Below, piece by piece: positions 1 through 9,841 of a stretch of 64,000 nucleotides of DNA. How positions within the stretch are numbered: position 1 is the stretch's first letter; every line of letters starts with the position of its first letter. The translations under genes were made by a program, and so were the position numbers. The notes beneath the pieces are model-generated. The model saw nothing but the letters and a program-made list of their open reading frames with translations. It did no database searches and was not told the origin of the DNA. Source of the DNA: a phage; the sequence record PQ478073.1. One strand, given 5' to 3'.

Positions 1-102
1 GTTAACATATCATGTTACTTTCCTCCCTTACATAATAATGATGCGTTATTATATTTTCATTTTGTTCTTATTCCCCTTTTGGTACAAAATCATTTTAGTA
101 CT

Positions 103-128
103 GCCCCGATCTTCGGGGCATTTTTCTT
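103..128 (+). terminator. intrinsic terminator hairpin GCCCCG-loop-CGGGGC followed by T-run
   Basis: perfect 6-bp GC stem 103-108/114-119 then ATTTTTCTT. Confidence 0.6.
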
Positions 129-146
129 ATCTAAAATTGAGGATAT

Positions 147-542
147 ATGAAGAACAATATTGGAACTTCAATAATTAAACCACTTTCTTATTACCTTGAA
201 AAATTTAGAAGCACAAATGGTAATAAATTTAATAATATATTTCAGTTCTCTCATAAAGAATATATTACAATTGATCATTTTTCAAAGAAACTAATGTATG
301 TAAATGATAATAGTCATATTATTAAATTATCATTCGATATTGAGTTAGATAAATTAACATTTACGGAATACATTAATCAAAAAACTTCTTTTTTATGTCA
401 ATACAATAGGAAAGTATATAGTAATATTTCTATGTATCTAAATGATGAATATCACTTTCAACAATCTACAATAGAAGAAGTATTGTTCAGTACTGAAGAA
501 TTAAAAGAACTATATTACTGGTATAATTATTTCACATCTTGA
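147..542 (+). CDS. hypothetical protein, EE-x-FFQxST C-terminal motif family
   Basis: ORF 131 aa; SD GAGGA upstream; C-term NDEYHFQQSTIEE. Confidence 0.6.
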   Translation: MKNNIGTSIIKPLSYYLEKFRSTNGNKFNNIFQFSHKEYITIDHFSKKLMYVNDNSHIIKLSFDIELDKLTFTEYINQKTSFLCQYNRKVYSNISMYLNDEYHFQQSTIEEVLFSTEELKELYYWYNYFTS

Positions 543-597
543 CATTATTGTGGGTTTATCCTACAATACATGATGATGCTGCATTGAGGATAAATTT

Positions 598-1008
598 ATG
601 AGTTTAGATTTACACAATGAACTAAAATATTTTTTAGATTTGGACATATCAGAATTGAACCACCACGTCAATCATATGACTAGTACTGTATGGTGGTCTA
701 ATGATCAAGACGACCCAATTATCCAACTAAGTGATGAATCGTCAATTATGCGATTTTATAAGATTAATTATAAAACGAACATCAAGATCACATATGTACC
801 ATACAAAAACACACTACTAGTCGAAACACTTAATCCAAGTTCTTTATTAAAAATCACCGATTTAGATACATTACAAACAAGTGAATCTTTATTCCAACGT
901 TCATTAGTTGATGATCTTGGTGGTATTACTTTTGAAGATATATTACAATTGAAGAATATGTATAGTGAATTGTTGGAGATTAAAAACACTTTAGTAATGG
1001 GGAATTGA
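598..1008 (+). CDS. hypothetical protein, FFQ-motif family
   Basis: ORF 136 aa; SD GAGGA; C-term SESLFQRSLVDDLGGITFEDI. Confidence 0.6.
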   Translation: MSLDLHNELKYFLDLDISELNHHVNHMTSTVWWSNDQDDPIIQLSDESSIMRFYKINYKTNIKITYVPYKNTLLVETLNPSSLLKITDLDTLQTSESLFQRSLVDDLGGITFEDILQLKNMYSELLEIKNTLVMGN

Positions 1009-1009
1009 T

Positions 1010-1414
1010 ATGGTAAGTTTACTAGATATTGATAATACCAGTTTAGTGCTGGTGAAAAAAGGTTTAATTCCAAATTCTAAAAAAATTGATTATGCTGTTA
1101 TTGAAACAAATATTGGAAATATCTGGTACGACTCTGAAAGGGATATTGTGTTTAGCTGTGTAGACAGTGATCGTTCTGAATGTTGTAGAGTCGGTCATGA
1201 CGGACAATTTGTTTTTGAATTTCGTTATTGGAAGGACGCAAAATTTCACCAAGAACTGGTTGCTTTGTCAAATGAACTATATACAGAAGAATCGTTCTTC
1301 ATGGCTAGTACTATTAATGATTTTGGTTCAGTTACATTTGAGTACTATAAAAAAATATACGCACTATCCAGAGAAGTTATGAAAATTATCAGAACTGCTG
1401 AAGGTAAAGAATAA
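1010..1414 (+). CDS. hypothetical protein, FFQ-motif family
   Basis: ORF 134 aa; C-term TEESFFMASTINDFGSVTFE. Confidence 0.6.
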   Translation: MVSLLDIDNTSLVLVKKGLIPNSKKIDYAVIETNIGNIWYDSERDIVFSCVDSDRSECCRVGHDGQFVFEFRYWKDAKFHQELVALSNELYTEESFFMASTINDFGSVTFEYYKKIYALSREVMKIIRTAEGKE

Positions 1415-1415
1415 C

Positions 1416-1793
1416 ATGACTACTATATATGATATTTTGGGTGTTCTGAGTAGAAATATAGATGATGATTTTGTTATTGTTCAAGATACTAGAAATACAT
1501 TTCAACTACCAATAGGTTCACCAGATAGGTTAATTTTTAATAGATACTCAAATGAACTAACTTACATCCATGATGGGATTGCAATTGTATCAGTTTCTAT
1601 AAACGACTATACAATACGATATGTATATGACTTCAACGATTATTGTACAAGAATCCACAGTATTGATATTTCCGAAGAGGAACTATTCCAATTGTCATTG
1701 ATTGAGAAAAATGTAATAGGAATTACAGAAATTGGTATTATTAAAAAAGCATTAAACTATACAAATATAAGAATTAATGGTGGGTGCGGATGA
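1416..1793 (+). CDS. hypothetical protein, FFQ-motif family
   Basis: ORF 125 aa; C-term SEEELFQLSLIEKN. Confidence 0.6.
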   Translation: MTTIYDILGVLSRNIDDDFVIVQDTRNTFQLPIGSPDRLIFNRYSNELTYIHDGIAIVSVSINDYTIRYVYDFNDYCTRIHSIDISEEELFQLSLIEKNVIGITEIGIIKKALNYTNIRINGGCG

Positions 1794-2245
1794 ATGTTGA
1801 CGAAATAAAAAATCATTTTGAAATTGCAATGTCATGTGAATTTGACACACAACGTGTTCATGACCCGAAAGAACATATACGAATTTGTTGTGAATTGTCA
1901 GATGATTGTAATATTTTTATTGGAAAAACCTATGACATGATCGATCTTTCATGTATAGATCCATTGGAAAGAAAAACAAAATATTTATATCTGTACAACA
2001 CAACATCAGATACGATTGCAATACAACTAATATCAACCACAACATCCCAAAGTTATTATAACATAACTGAGGTTAGTAGTTTAACGTTAACCGAAGAAGG
2101 ATTCTTTCAACAATCGCTTATTCGTGAAATTGGTGTTAGTTATGATGAGTTAAATGTATTAATAGATTGTTTCGAAAAATTGAGTACTTTTGTATTATCC
2201 CTTTTTAATATACAGTCGCAAAATCCAATGGTGGTGAAATGCTAA
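1790..2245 (+). CDS. hypothetical protein, FFQ-motif family
   Basis: start moved to ATG overlapping upstream stop (ATGA); C-term TEEGFFQQSLIREIG. Confidence 0.55.
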   Translation: MNVDEIKNHFEIAMSCEFDTQRVHDPKEHIRICCELSDDCNIFIGKTYDMIDLSCIDPLERKTKYLYLYNTTSDTIAIQLISTTTSQSYYNITEVSSLTLTEEGFFQQSLIREIGVSYDELNVLIDCFEKLSTFVLSLFNIQSQNPMVVKC

Positions 2246-2679
2246 ATCCAAGTAAATTTCTCCACTTACTTTCGATAACATCAATACCGGATCTTACCAG
2301 TGAAACTAATGAATATCGTGAAGCTGGGGTGGTGTCTATGGAACTCGATACATTTGACCACAAATGCTATGTGACATATGACCCACCGCGTTATGGTAAA
2401 GAACATTCTTCTTTTATTTTTGTATTCGTATACACTGTATATGATAATACAACACTTGATGATGTTTGTATTGACACTTACGAAATTTGTGATAATATCA
2501 TAACTGATGACAACAATAATTCATTTGATATGTCACTATATAACACAGAAGAATCGTTGTTTCAACTTAGTACTGTTATTGATGCACCATCATTAGAAGA
2601 TATAAAACAATTTCAAGAACATCTTGACGCAGTTCGTGAGATGTTCTATAATCATTATCCAGAAGTAGAGTTCAATTAA
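2239..2679 (+). CDS. hypothetical protein, FFQ-motif family
   Basis: ORF 146 aa; C-term TEESLFQLSTVIDAPSLEDI. Confidence 0.6.
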   Translation: MLNPSKFLHLLSITSIPDLTSETNEYREAGVVSMELDTFDHKCYVTYDPPRYGKEHSSFIFVFVYTVYDNTTLDDVCIDTYEICDNIITDDNNNSFDMSLYNTEESLFQLSTVIDAPSLEDIKQFQEHLDAVREMFYNHYPEVEFN

Positions 2680-2693
2680 CTAAAGGTAATAAG

Positions 2694-2954
2694 ATGACTA
2701 AAGTAGTTCGTAAACGCCACATGATGAACATGGATGAATTTCGCACATTTGACAAATATCGTACTATGTTTCGTATGCTTTCACAGGGCCGTCCAATCGT
2801 CATTGTAACAGAGAATTACATGTCACCTGAGATTATGTTTGGTAATTATGAAAAGGTCTTCATGTTGTACGTGAAGCGTGGATTACTTACAATCAAGACA
2901 TTAGCTGAAGCAACTGATGAAGATATGGATGGTGATAATACCTTTACCATGTGA
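2694..2954 (+). CDS. hypothetical protein
   Basis: ORF 86 aa; SD AAGGTAA upstream. Confidence 0.5.
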   Translation: MTKVVRKRHMMNMDEFRTFDKYRTMFRMLSQGRPIVIVTENYMSPEIMFGNYEKVFMLYVKRGLLTIKTLAEATDEDMDGDNTFTM

Positions 2955-3026
2955 GGAAATATATGTCTGAAAAGCCAAAAGAACCATTAGATCGTGATGA
3001 TGATTTTTATGACGAACGATATGGAG

Positions 3027-3284
3027 ATGATGATGAGTGAACATAGTGATGTGCTTAAAAAGATTTTAAAGGAACTTGATGGTGAGTTTAATGTCACAGA
3101 AGAAGAATATCAGCATTGGAAGAAAGGTTTTGAACAACTAACCGAGTATGATAAAGTGTTCAATATGATTGGCGTAATTAGCCAGTACTTACTTGGTGGA
3201 GGACGTGCAAGTGCTTCAATTCTGGCATCTGCAATCATCTGTACATCACGATGGTGTGATGAAAAAAGTTTGGAAGATTTCTAA
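3027..3284 (+). CDS. hypothetical protein (start uncertain, run of in-frame ATGs)
   Basis: ORF to 3284; several ATGs 2997-3033; a tiny SD-preceded ORF 2963..3040 overlaps. Confidence 0.4.
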   Translation: MMMSEHSDVLKKILKELDGEFNVTEEEYQHWKKGFEQLTEYDKVFNMIGVISQYLLGGGRASASILASAIICTSRWCDEKSLEDF

Positions 3285-3336
3285 ATAAGATGCTATAATA
3301 TATTATAGTACCTTAACAATATAAAAAGGATTTTAT

Positions 3337-4197
3337 ATGAAACCTATCCGAGTACTTTCTCTTTTTAATGGAATGAGTGTGGGATATATGGCATTGCAAG
3401 ATGCTGGTATCCCAGTTGAAAAATATTATTCATCCGAAATTGACAAGTACGCAATAGCTGAATCTCAAGCTAACTTTCCTGATATTATCCAATTGGGTGA
3501 TGTAACTAAGTGGAGAGAATGGGATATTGAGTGGGATAAAATAGATTTATTAATGGGTGGTTTCCCATGTCAAGCCTGGTCAGTTGCAGGTAAACAGGGT
3601 GGTTTAAATGATATACGTGGGCAGTTATTTTTAGTAATGGTTGAAATTTTTGATCATATCAAAAGTCTCAATCCTAACTTGAAATTTCTGTTTGAAAATG
3701 TTAAAATGAAGGAAGATTTCAAAGAATACATTAATAGTATTTTAGGAATCACGCCAGTACTGATAAACTCCCAGCATTATACGCCTCACTTCAGGCAGAG
3801 ATATTACTGGTACAGTACTGATAAGCTTTTTATACCACCTGCATTATCCAATGCACCTAAACTTCAAGATATTATTGAAGATGGTTGGTACACTGACAGA
3901 ACCGCTTCGTACTGTATAGATGCTAACTATTTTAAAGGTGGTGATTGTAACCAGTACTTTAATAAATCCAGACGACAATTGGTGTTTCGTGACCCAGTGA
4001 TCAGTCGTCAATATCTATTAGAGAATGGCAAAAGAAATATTGACTATAGACACTTAAGTGTAGTAGAATGTTGTAAATTACAGGGTGTTCCTGAAGATTT
4101 CTTTAAAGTGTCTAGTAAGACACAAGCATACAAAATGCTTGGGAATGGATGGACTATGCCAGTTATATCACATTTACTAAGAGAGATATTCTTTTGA
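3337..4197 (+). CDS. DNA (cytosine-5)-methyltransferase
   Basis: 286 aa; motif I LFNGMSVG, motif IV FPCQAWSVAG (catalytic PCQ), motif VI ENV (LFENVKM), C-term GNGWTMPV. Confidence 0.85.
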   Translation: MKPIRVLSLFNGMSVGYMALQDAGIPVEKYYSSEIDKYAIAESQANFPDIIQLGDVTKWREWDIEWDKIDLLMGGFPCQAWSVAGKQGGLNDIRGQLFLVMVEIFDHIKSLNPNLKFLFENVKMKEDFKEYINSILGITPVLINSQHYTPHFRQRYYWYSTDKLFIPPALSNAPKLQDIIEDGWYTDRTASYCIDANYFKGGDCNQYFNKSRRQLVFRDPVISRQYLLENGKRNIDYRHLSVVECCKLQGVPEDFFKVSSKTQAYKMLGNGWTMPVISHLLREIFF

Positions 4198-4679
4198 ACA
4201 TAAACAAATACCAAACTTATATAAAACGTACAGAAAGTTTCAAACGGCTGGCTGTAAAATCTGAATTAGAATTTAATTTGTATTATCCTAATATTGGTGA
4301 TGAGGTATTTTATTGCTCTCATTCAAAGAATGGAACTTTACTTAAATCGGGTAAAGGAACTATTGTTGATATGACCGCAAATTTCAGAGGTAAACTTAAT
4401 GTAATGTACAAAGTACAAGATTCAAGTACTGAGTGTATTCATGAAGTGATGCATAACATACCTGCATATCCAAAAGATTTTGTTCAGCTAATATCTCGAA
4501 GGGAGAAACCTATGTTTTATTGTGGTTACGACAAATTAACCAAACAAATTATTCCTAATACTATGGGAAAATTTAAAAGTGATGTGAAATCTGAACTTGA
4601 AAAGAAATTTGGCACGTCATGGGAAACTGAAAACGAGTTTATCGAAATTCGTTTAATTGAAATTACTATACTTGAATAA
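4149..4679 (+). CDS. hypothetical protein (start uncertain; may begin at TTG 4194)
   Basis: ORF 176 aa overlapping MTase 3' end. Confidence 0.45.
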   Translation: MDYASYITFTKRDILLNINKYQTYIKRTESFKRLAVKSELEFNLYYPNIGDEVFYCSHSKNGTLLKSGKGTIVDMTANFRGKLNVMYKVQDSSTECIHEVMHNIPAYPKDFVQLISRREKPMFYCGYDKLTKQIIPNTMGKFKSDVKSELEKKFGTSWETENEFIEIRLIEITILE

Positions 4680-4683
4680 TTAC

Positions 4684-4708
4684 AAATCCACGCATTGCGT
4701 GGATTTTT
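4684..4708 (+). terminator. intrinsic terminator
   Basis: 10-bp stem AAATCCACGC/GCGTGGATTT, loop ATT, then TTTCA. Confidence 0.7.
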
Positions 4709-4721
4709 CATAGGTGCATAT

Positions 4722-5237
4722 ATGCCAATTCCTTATGTTAAAATTATTAATAATATTCTCGATTCATGGGAAGATGTTATTACTGGTAAAAAGCAACCAT
4801 CACCAGTACATGCTTTATCTGGGAAACTTCAATTCAGAATGTCAAACCAAACTGAAACATTTAATAATCATGATATTTGCATTACATTAAAAACACCTAT
4901 TAGTATTGTAATTAAAAAAAATAAAGATGATGAATTGACATTATCTATTGGTCGTGATAAAATCATTTTAAGTAATTTGTCTGAAGAAGAATTCTTTCAA
5001 AGAAGTACTATTATCGATATGAAAGATTTCACATATGAATCATTGGTTGAACTCAATACACGTTTTAACGATATTCAGGAACGATTGCGACCAATTCTTC
5101 GTATCGAAGAAGAAGCCTGGATTGAAAGTATTAGGAAGATGCAAGAAATGTTGAAAGAAAATATTAACAATCTGGGTAAAGCTACAATGGAATTTGGTAA
5201 AACTTTTAAACTGAACTTTTCAAAGGATCGTAAATGA
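4722..5237 (+). CDS. hypothetical protein, FFQ-motif family
   Basis: start moved from TTG inside terminator to ATG 4722 (AGGTG SD); SEEEFFQRSTIID. Confidence 0.6.
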   Translation: MPIPYVKIINNILDSWEDVITGKKQPSPVHALSGKLQFRMSNQTETFNNHDICITLKTPISIVIKKNKDDELTLSIGRDKIILSNLSEEEFFQRSTIIDMKDFTYESLVELNTRFNDIQERLRPILRIEEEAWIESIRKMQEMLKENINNLGKATMEFGKTFKLNFSKDRK

Positions 5238-5689
5238 AAATTGATAATTTGATTCATGTTTTAGGATCTTTACATAAAATATTATCACATCTACATGAGA
5301 TAAAGAAACTGGGATTTAACATCTCAAATTCAATTGAAACTACATTTAAATATCAATCAATTACTGGTGATGGTTATTACATAATCGAATATACTTATGA
5401 AACCGATCCAGACTTCTATCCTCTTACGTTGAGAATTTATCCAACAAATCCGAGAGGAATTCACGACATATCATCAATTTCACTTGATCCAGATGGTGAA
5501 ACGAGTATTGAATACAATAATGATTCAAAACCAGAATTTTACATTGATGATATTAAAATGATGTTCAACGATGAATATGTTTTCCAACAAAGTACTGTGC
5601 ATGATGTTGGAAGTACTAATGGACAATTTTGGAATACGTGTTATTATCATATGATTGAAATTTGTAAATTACTAAAAGGCGATGATTAA
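5234..5689 (+). CDS. hypothetical protein, FFQ-motif family
   Basis: ORF 151 aa; C-term NDEYVFQQSTVHDVG. Confidence 0.6.
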   Translation: MKIDNLIHVLGSLHKILSHLHEIKKLGFNISNSIETTFKYQSITGDGYYIIEYTYETDPDFYPLTLRIYPTNPRGIHDISSISLDPDGETSIEYNNDSKPEFYIDDIKMMFNDEYVFQQSTVHDVGSTNGQFWNTCYYHMIEICKLLKGDD

Positions 5690-6072
5690 TGAAATACAGC
5701 ATTGAAGTACATTACACTACAGGGGACACTGAAACTGAAGATTCAGTTACCAATACATTGGATGTTCAATGGGAATCAAAGGATGAGGCAGTTGTAGCAT
5801 TACAGTCGTTGAAAGAGCATTGGGTATTCTTTAAGAAACTCGATGATGCATATAGTAACGAACGTGCGACAATAATCGATGAAGCCAAACATAAAGAATG
5901 GTTTGATCCAATGTCATGTGAATTCTCTTTCTTTGTAAAAATTGGAGATGAAAAAATTCCAGTACGTACACCGTGGAACGGCTACTTTGAAACTCTTCAT
6001 AATGCACGAGTTGTCGCTGTTGATAATCCTGAACAAATCGATTTCGATTCATTGGACTGGAAAAAACTATGA
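5689..6072 (+). CDS. hypothetical protein
   Basis: ORF 127 aa; start overlaps upstream stop. Confidence 0.5.
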   Translation: MKYSIEVHYTTGDTETEDSVTNTLDVQWESKDEAVVALQSLKEHWVFFKKLDDAYSNERATIIDEAKHKEWFDPMSCEFSFFVKIGDEKIPVRTPWNGYFETLHNARVVAVDNPEQIDFDSLDWKKL

Positions 6073-6512
6073 CAGTACTGCACCAATTAAAGAAGGTTAA
6101 GCATCCAGTTGTATACGAGGATTGGAAACGACAGAAGTTGATGGGTGATTTTTATTTCCCAAAATCTAAAGTTCTTGCGAATTCAAGATGTACATATTTC
6201 AAACATAATGATAAAGATACAGTATTTGTTGAAATGGGTTTCAATCCATCAAATACAATGTTCAGCACTAACCAAACATTTTACAAATTTCATATACAAA
6301 AAGATTCATTTTCTATCATGATTTTAAAACTTTTAGTTGAAGATCTGCTATACCGTGGTGAACGTGTTCCTTTATCATTAGTGGATATTCCTTATAATAA
6401 TTTAGAGGAAATGTACTTCCAACAGTTGACAATACAAGAAGACTTTGGTATGATAGGACTTCAAGAGTTAGAGATGATTAAACAAATTCGTGATATCTAC
6501 TTTAAGGAGTAA
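6069..6512 (+). CDS. hypothetical protein, FFQ-motif family
   Basis: ORF 147 aa; C-term LEEMYFQQLTIQEDFG. Confidence 0.6.
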   Translation: MTVLHQLKKVKHPVVYEDWKRQKLMGDFYFPKSKVLANSRCTYFKHNDKDTVFVEMGFNPSNTMFSTNQTFYKFHIQKDSFSIMILKLLVEDLLYRGERVPLSLVDIPYNNLEEMYFQQLTIQEDFGMIGLQELEMIKQIRDIYFKE

Positions 6513-6514
6513 CT

Positions 6515-6658
6515 ATGCCAGTACGTAACAGTACTTCACGCTTTACGCTTCAACAGAAAGCAGATCTTTTGAATATGGCAAACAAAGATTCTAATTTTCA
6601 CTATCTAGTGCTCGGTGGGTCAGTAGAAAAGATTGACCTACGTGAGTGTATGAAATAA
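6515..6658 (+). CDS. small hypothetical protein (47 aa)
   Basis: ATG with strong SD AAGGAG 7 nt upstream; not in ORF track (<60 aa). Confidence 0.45.
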   Translation: MPVRNSTSRFTLQQKADLLNMANKDSNFHYLVLGGSVEKIDLRECMK

Positions 6659-6672
6659 CAAAAGGGGCTAAA

Positions 6673-6843
6673 ATGAGTCTACGTGAATCATGGGAACAAT
6701 TTAAAGAAGAGATTGGTTATCGTGGTGTTAAGATTGAACCAATCAATCGTACTGAAAGCATCAAAGCTAGTACTAATGGTACTACCTATGATCGTTATGA
6801 TGAAAAGTATGGTTTACATTCTAAACCAAAGGATACTGAGTAA
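6673..6843 (+). CDS. small hypothetical protein (56 aa)
   Basis: ATG with SD AAGGGG; track ORF 6646 starts at GTG. Confidence 0.45.
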   Translation: MSLRESWEQFKEEIGYRGVKIEPINRTESIKASTNGTTYDRYDEKYGLHSKPKDTE

Positions 6844-6986
6844 TGGTGTATATTAATATTTTTACTGGTATTATGCGTAAATTTATTAATGGTACTGGAT
6901 ACGTATCTAATGACAACGGTAGTACATGGGTAAAAAATAATACGTCTGAATCTTTAGTAAAAAGTCTTCCGTATTATAAAGCTTGA
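6843..6986 (+). CDS. small hypothetical protein (47 aa)
   Basis: TAATG stop/start overlap with upstream ORF. Confidence 0.35.
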   Translation: MVYINIFTGIMRKFINGTGYVSNDNGSTWVKNNTSESLVKSLPYYKA

Positions 6987-7011
6987 CACATGAAAATGGA
7001 GTATGTATAAT
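6983..7011 (+). promoter_or_regulatory. sigma70-type promoter TTGACA-N17-TATAAT
   Basis: consensus -35 and -10 hexamers with 17-nt spacer, upstream of 7044 gene. Confidence 0.6.
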
Positions 7012-7043
7012 ACTCCTATATTAATTAAACGAGGATATACGAA

Positions 7044-7616
7044 ATGGCTGGTGTTGATAAAATTTGTGAATTCAGTTCAGATTATGAAGGTTACGAGATG
7101 TACAAGTCCAAGCGTAATCACATTCAAGTACTGTCAAAGTACCGTAAAAAATTCAGAGGCCACAAAGCAACATTGTATGTTTTTGAGAATGGATATTCTG
7201 AAGTTTTCACAAGTGGTGGGTACAGTACAGCTAACATGGCACATATCAACCCAAACCCAACTGAAGATGATTGGAATAGTGGTAACGCTTTTCGTATTTC
7301 AATTTTGAATAAAATGAATCGTTACGACCGTTATTGTACATTCTTTGAAAATATTTCAGAATACAAGCAAGCATTAAAGAAATATAATCAACGCTTACTA
7401 ATGAATTATGATTACATTCTTCATGTGCCAACTGTTCCAGGTCAGGTTAATGGTCTGTATACGAATAGTACACATGATTTAACTGCGGTGAAGCGTCGCC
7501 TCAAACGTATGTTGGGTTGTCGTAATTTAACAATCAAGGTTGTGCGTAATGAATCAATGTATAACTTTTTAGATGTACTACACTACACATTGAAGGATAA
7601 TAATGGAAACGATTAA
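7044..7616 (+). CDS. hypothetical protein
   Basis: ORF 190 aa; SD GAGGA upstream. Confidence 0.6.
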   Translation: MAGVDKICEFSSDYEGYEMYKSKRNHIQVLSKYRKKFRGHKATLYVFENGYSEVFTSGGYSTANMAHINPNPTEDDWNSGNAFRISILNKMNRYDRYCTFFENISEYKQALKKYNQRLLMNYDYILHVPTVPGQVNGLYTNSTHDLTAVKRRLKRMLGCRNLTIKVVRNESMYNFLDVLHYTLKDNNGND

Positions 7617-7800
7617 GTTTATGTTTGAGGTGTTTGTTGCATTCATCTTATGTGCTGTATCTATTACTATTGCTTTAATCCCAGTAATCGTTTACCAAGT
7701 TAATGGTGGGACAGATCCAACAATTGATATTTTACTTCGTTGTTTCGGGTTTTTTATATGGTTGGCGATGTTTATGTACTACATGCATCTTGAGGATTGA
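7603..7800 (+). CDS. small membrane protein
   Basis: ORF 65 aa; two hydrophobic helices. Confidence 0.5.
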   Translation: METIKFMFEVFVAFILCAVSITIALIPVIVYQVNGGTDPTIDILLRCFGFFIWLAMFMYYMHLED

Positions 7801-8633
7801 TTATGTCATTAGAAAAAATAATCATTTCTGAATTCCGAAAGTATATCATGGATTGTGATAGAGATGTACAGCGTAAGTTCAATGAGTACCTTGACAAATA
7901 TCCGTATTTGATGTTTAATCCGTTTGAAACTGATGATGATTTATATCTTGGTTTTTACATAGGATTTACTCAACGAATTCTTCATAAAGATGAAATGAAA
8001 CAATCTGAGATTTGGGTAGAAACTGACTCATCCGAGTCTAATGTTTTTTATCTTTATACATATTATGCCGAAATTGTTAGAGATACGACACCTGATGGTT
8101 GTCTATTTGTACAATCTTCTGATATTGAAAGAATATATATCGAACCCATATCTTTAGATATGGTTGCACAGCTTCCAACTATCCAACAGCTAGGTGCAGA
8201 CGAATTAACTTATTCTGTATTTGAATATCTAGGTAGAGATGATTTGACTCAAGAAATTGATAAAATGGTTTCTAAATATACTTCATCACTTATTTCGAAT
8301 GGTAAACTTAAATTAGAATTAATTTTTGAAGATACTAGTATTAATCCAGTAAGAGGGGTTACAATTGGAAAAGTTACCATACGTGTTGTTTACGATAATG
8401 AAGTACTAGGATATATTTCAAAATGTGGACATGATTTATGTATAATTAGTACATTCGTTATTTCTCGTAAAAAATGGAATGATTTAATGCAAAAAATCGT
8501 GGACGGCAGTAAAATTCGTGATATAATATGTAATGACATGGTAATTATGAATCCTGATGTTGACTGTGATGTATATTTTCCAGTTCCTGGATTTACACGA
8601 GAAAACTTTAGTAAATTGAAGGATACGAAATGA
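7797..8633 (+). CDS. hypothetical protein
   Basis: ORF 278 aa; SD GAGGA. Confidence 0.6.
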   Translation: MIMSLEKIIISEFRKYIMDCDRDVQRKFNEYLDKYPYLMFNPFETDDDLYLGFYIGFTQRILHKDEMKQSEIWVETDSSESNVFYLYTYYAEIVRDTTPDGCLFVQSSDIERIYIEPISLDMVAQLPTIQQLGADELTYSVFEYLGRDDLTQEIDKMVSKYTSSLISNGKLKLELIFEDTSINPVRGVTIGKVTIRVVYDNEVLGYISKCGHDLCIISTFVISRKKWNDLMQKIVDGSKIRDIICNDMVIMNPDVDCDVYFPVPGFTRENFSKLKDTK

Positions 8634-8920
8634 AAATTTTAGAAGTCTTGCTAGAAAAAGATGCATCTGGTACTCTTTATGTTGGTAATGAGTTCAGTCC
8701 AGATCCAATTGATATGTTACAGAGAATCCAAACACTGACTCAAAACATCTCGGTTAAAAAACCGTTTCAGAAAGAATTGGAAATCTTTTGTGATAAAGAT
8801 ATTGAACAGCATGATAATGTGATTTCAGATATTAAAAGTCTATTGACAAAAAATGGTTATGTAGAGTATAATCCTCCTATCGTAATCGTTATTCCAGACT
8901 TCATGAAAGGAACAATCTAA
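8630..8920 (+). CDS. hypothetical protein
   Basis: ORF 96 aa; ATGA overlap. Confidence 0.5.
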   Translation: MKILEVLLEKDASGTLYVGNEFSPDPIDMLQRIQTLTQNISVKKPFQKELEIFCDKDIEQHDNVISDIKSLLTKNGYVEYNPPIVIVIPDFMKGTI

Positions 8921-9189
8921 TGACTAAAGACGAAATGAAATCTCGCTTAAGCGAACTGAAGAAAGAACGTAAACTAGTACGTTTAGACTGGGATATCCTT
9001 AACAGGAAAGATGAGCAATCATATGCTAACTGGAGTTCTGATAAAGTACGAAATGACCGTTCTAAAGAAGATGCAAAGCAATTCATGGCATTATCGAAGC
9101 GACTATCATCTTTGAACAGTGAAATTACTGGCCTTCAGAAAGAGATCATTTCCATTCTTAAAGCGGAGATTGAATCACTCTATGAATAA
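8920..9189 (+). CDS. hypothetical coiled-coil protein
   Basis: ORF 89 aa; K/E/R-rich. Confidence 0.5.
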   Translation: MTKDEMKSRLSELKKERKLVRLDWDILNRKDEQSYANWSSDKVRNDRSKEDAKQFMALSKRLSSLNSEITGLQKEIISILKAEIESLYE

Positions 9190-9478
9190 ACATGAAGTAA
9201 TTCATTTTGATGATAAGATCTATATTCCAAATATTGATAGTACTGAAACATATTACCTAATCAATAAGATTATGGCTGAAACAAATACGTGTTGTCGTCA
9301 ACAGCCAGGAAAATATGAGTTCAGTCAGACTATTGGTTATTACCGATATGATATGTTAGAATCATTTACAATTGATAAGTCTAAAGTTATTGACATTCTT
9401 GTACAGAATGGATATAATGAACAACGTGTAAATGATACAGATTTACCAGTTTCAAAAATTGTTCTTTCTAATAATTAA
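9182..9478 (+). CDS. hypothetical protein
   Basis: start moved to ATG 9182 (MNKHEV) overlapping upstream stop. Confidence 0.45.
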   Translation: MNKHEVIHFDDKIYIPNIDSTETYYLINKIMAETNTCCRQQPGKYEFSQTIGYYRYDMLESFTIDKSKVIDILVQNGYNEQRVNDTDLPVSKIVLSNN

Positions 9479-9481
9479 AAA

Positions 9482-9510
9482 TTGGACAAGAACAGATATT
9501 GTGATATAAT
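9482..9510 (+). promoter_or_regulatory. sigma70-type promoter TTGGAC-N17-TATAAT
   Basis: hexamers 9482-9487 and 9505-9510. Confidence 0.5.
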
Positions 9511-9593
9511 GTTTGTTATCGGCAGATATTAAAATGCAAACCATTCCTCAATGATGAGGGTTTTTCATAAAAAAGAAATAAAAGGGTATTAAA

Positions 9594-9803
9594 ATGGCTA
9601 AAGAAACTAACGCACAAGTACTAGATATCACCGACTTCGACCGCACTGTGAACTACATTCAATTCCAGATTCATCAAGCAGAAGAAGCTCTAGCAGTATT
9701 CCACGGTACTGGTGCAAGGCCAATCCGTTTTGCTCACTTGATTGCATGGAAGAAAAGTCTTCAAGAAGAACTATCTGAACTGCGTAAAGCAAATCGTAAG
9801 TAA
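9594..9803 (+). CDS. hypothetical protein
   Basis: ORF 69 aa; SD AAGGG. Confidence 0.5.
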   Translation: MAKETNAQVLDITDFDRTVNYIQFQIHQAEEALAVFHGTGARPIRFAHLIAWKKSLQEELSELRKANRK

Positions 9804-9814
9804 TTTATCTTACC

Positions 9815-9841
9815 GCCTCATCATTTTTGATGGGGCATTTT
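9815..9841 (+). terminator. putative intrinsic terminator
   Basis: stem GCCTCATC/GATGGGGC (one G-U) followed by ATTTTA. Confidence 0.45.

Noticed and set aside
768-1073. Minus-strand ORFs of 60-116 aa nested inside plus-strand genes (e.g. 768..1073, 1064..1252, 5831..6052, 7246..7431, 15516..15845, 23636..23986, 36596..36832, 40253..40594, 43523..43810, 47779..47991)
   Set aside because: Fully overlapped by better-supported + strand genes with SD sites and operon-like packing; antisense ORFs of this size are expected by chance in AT-rich DNA.
2963-3040. 25-aa acidic micro-ORF (MSEKPKEPLDRDDDFYDERYGDDDE) with good SD
   Set aside because: Too short to support from sequence alone; may be a leader peptide or the true upstream part of the 3027..3284 gene with a frameshift. 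Left unannotated.
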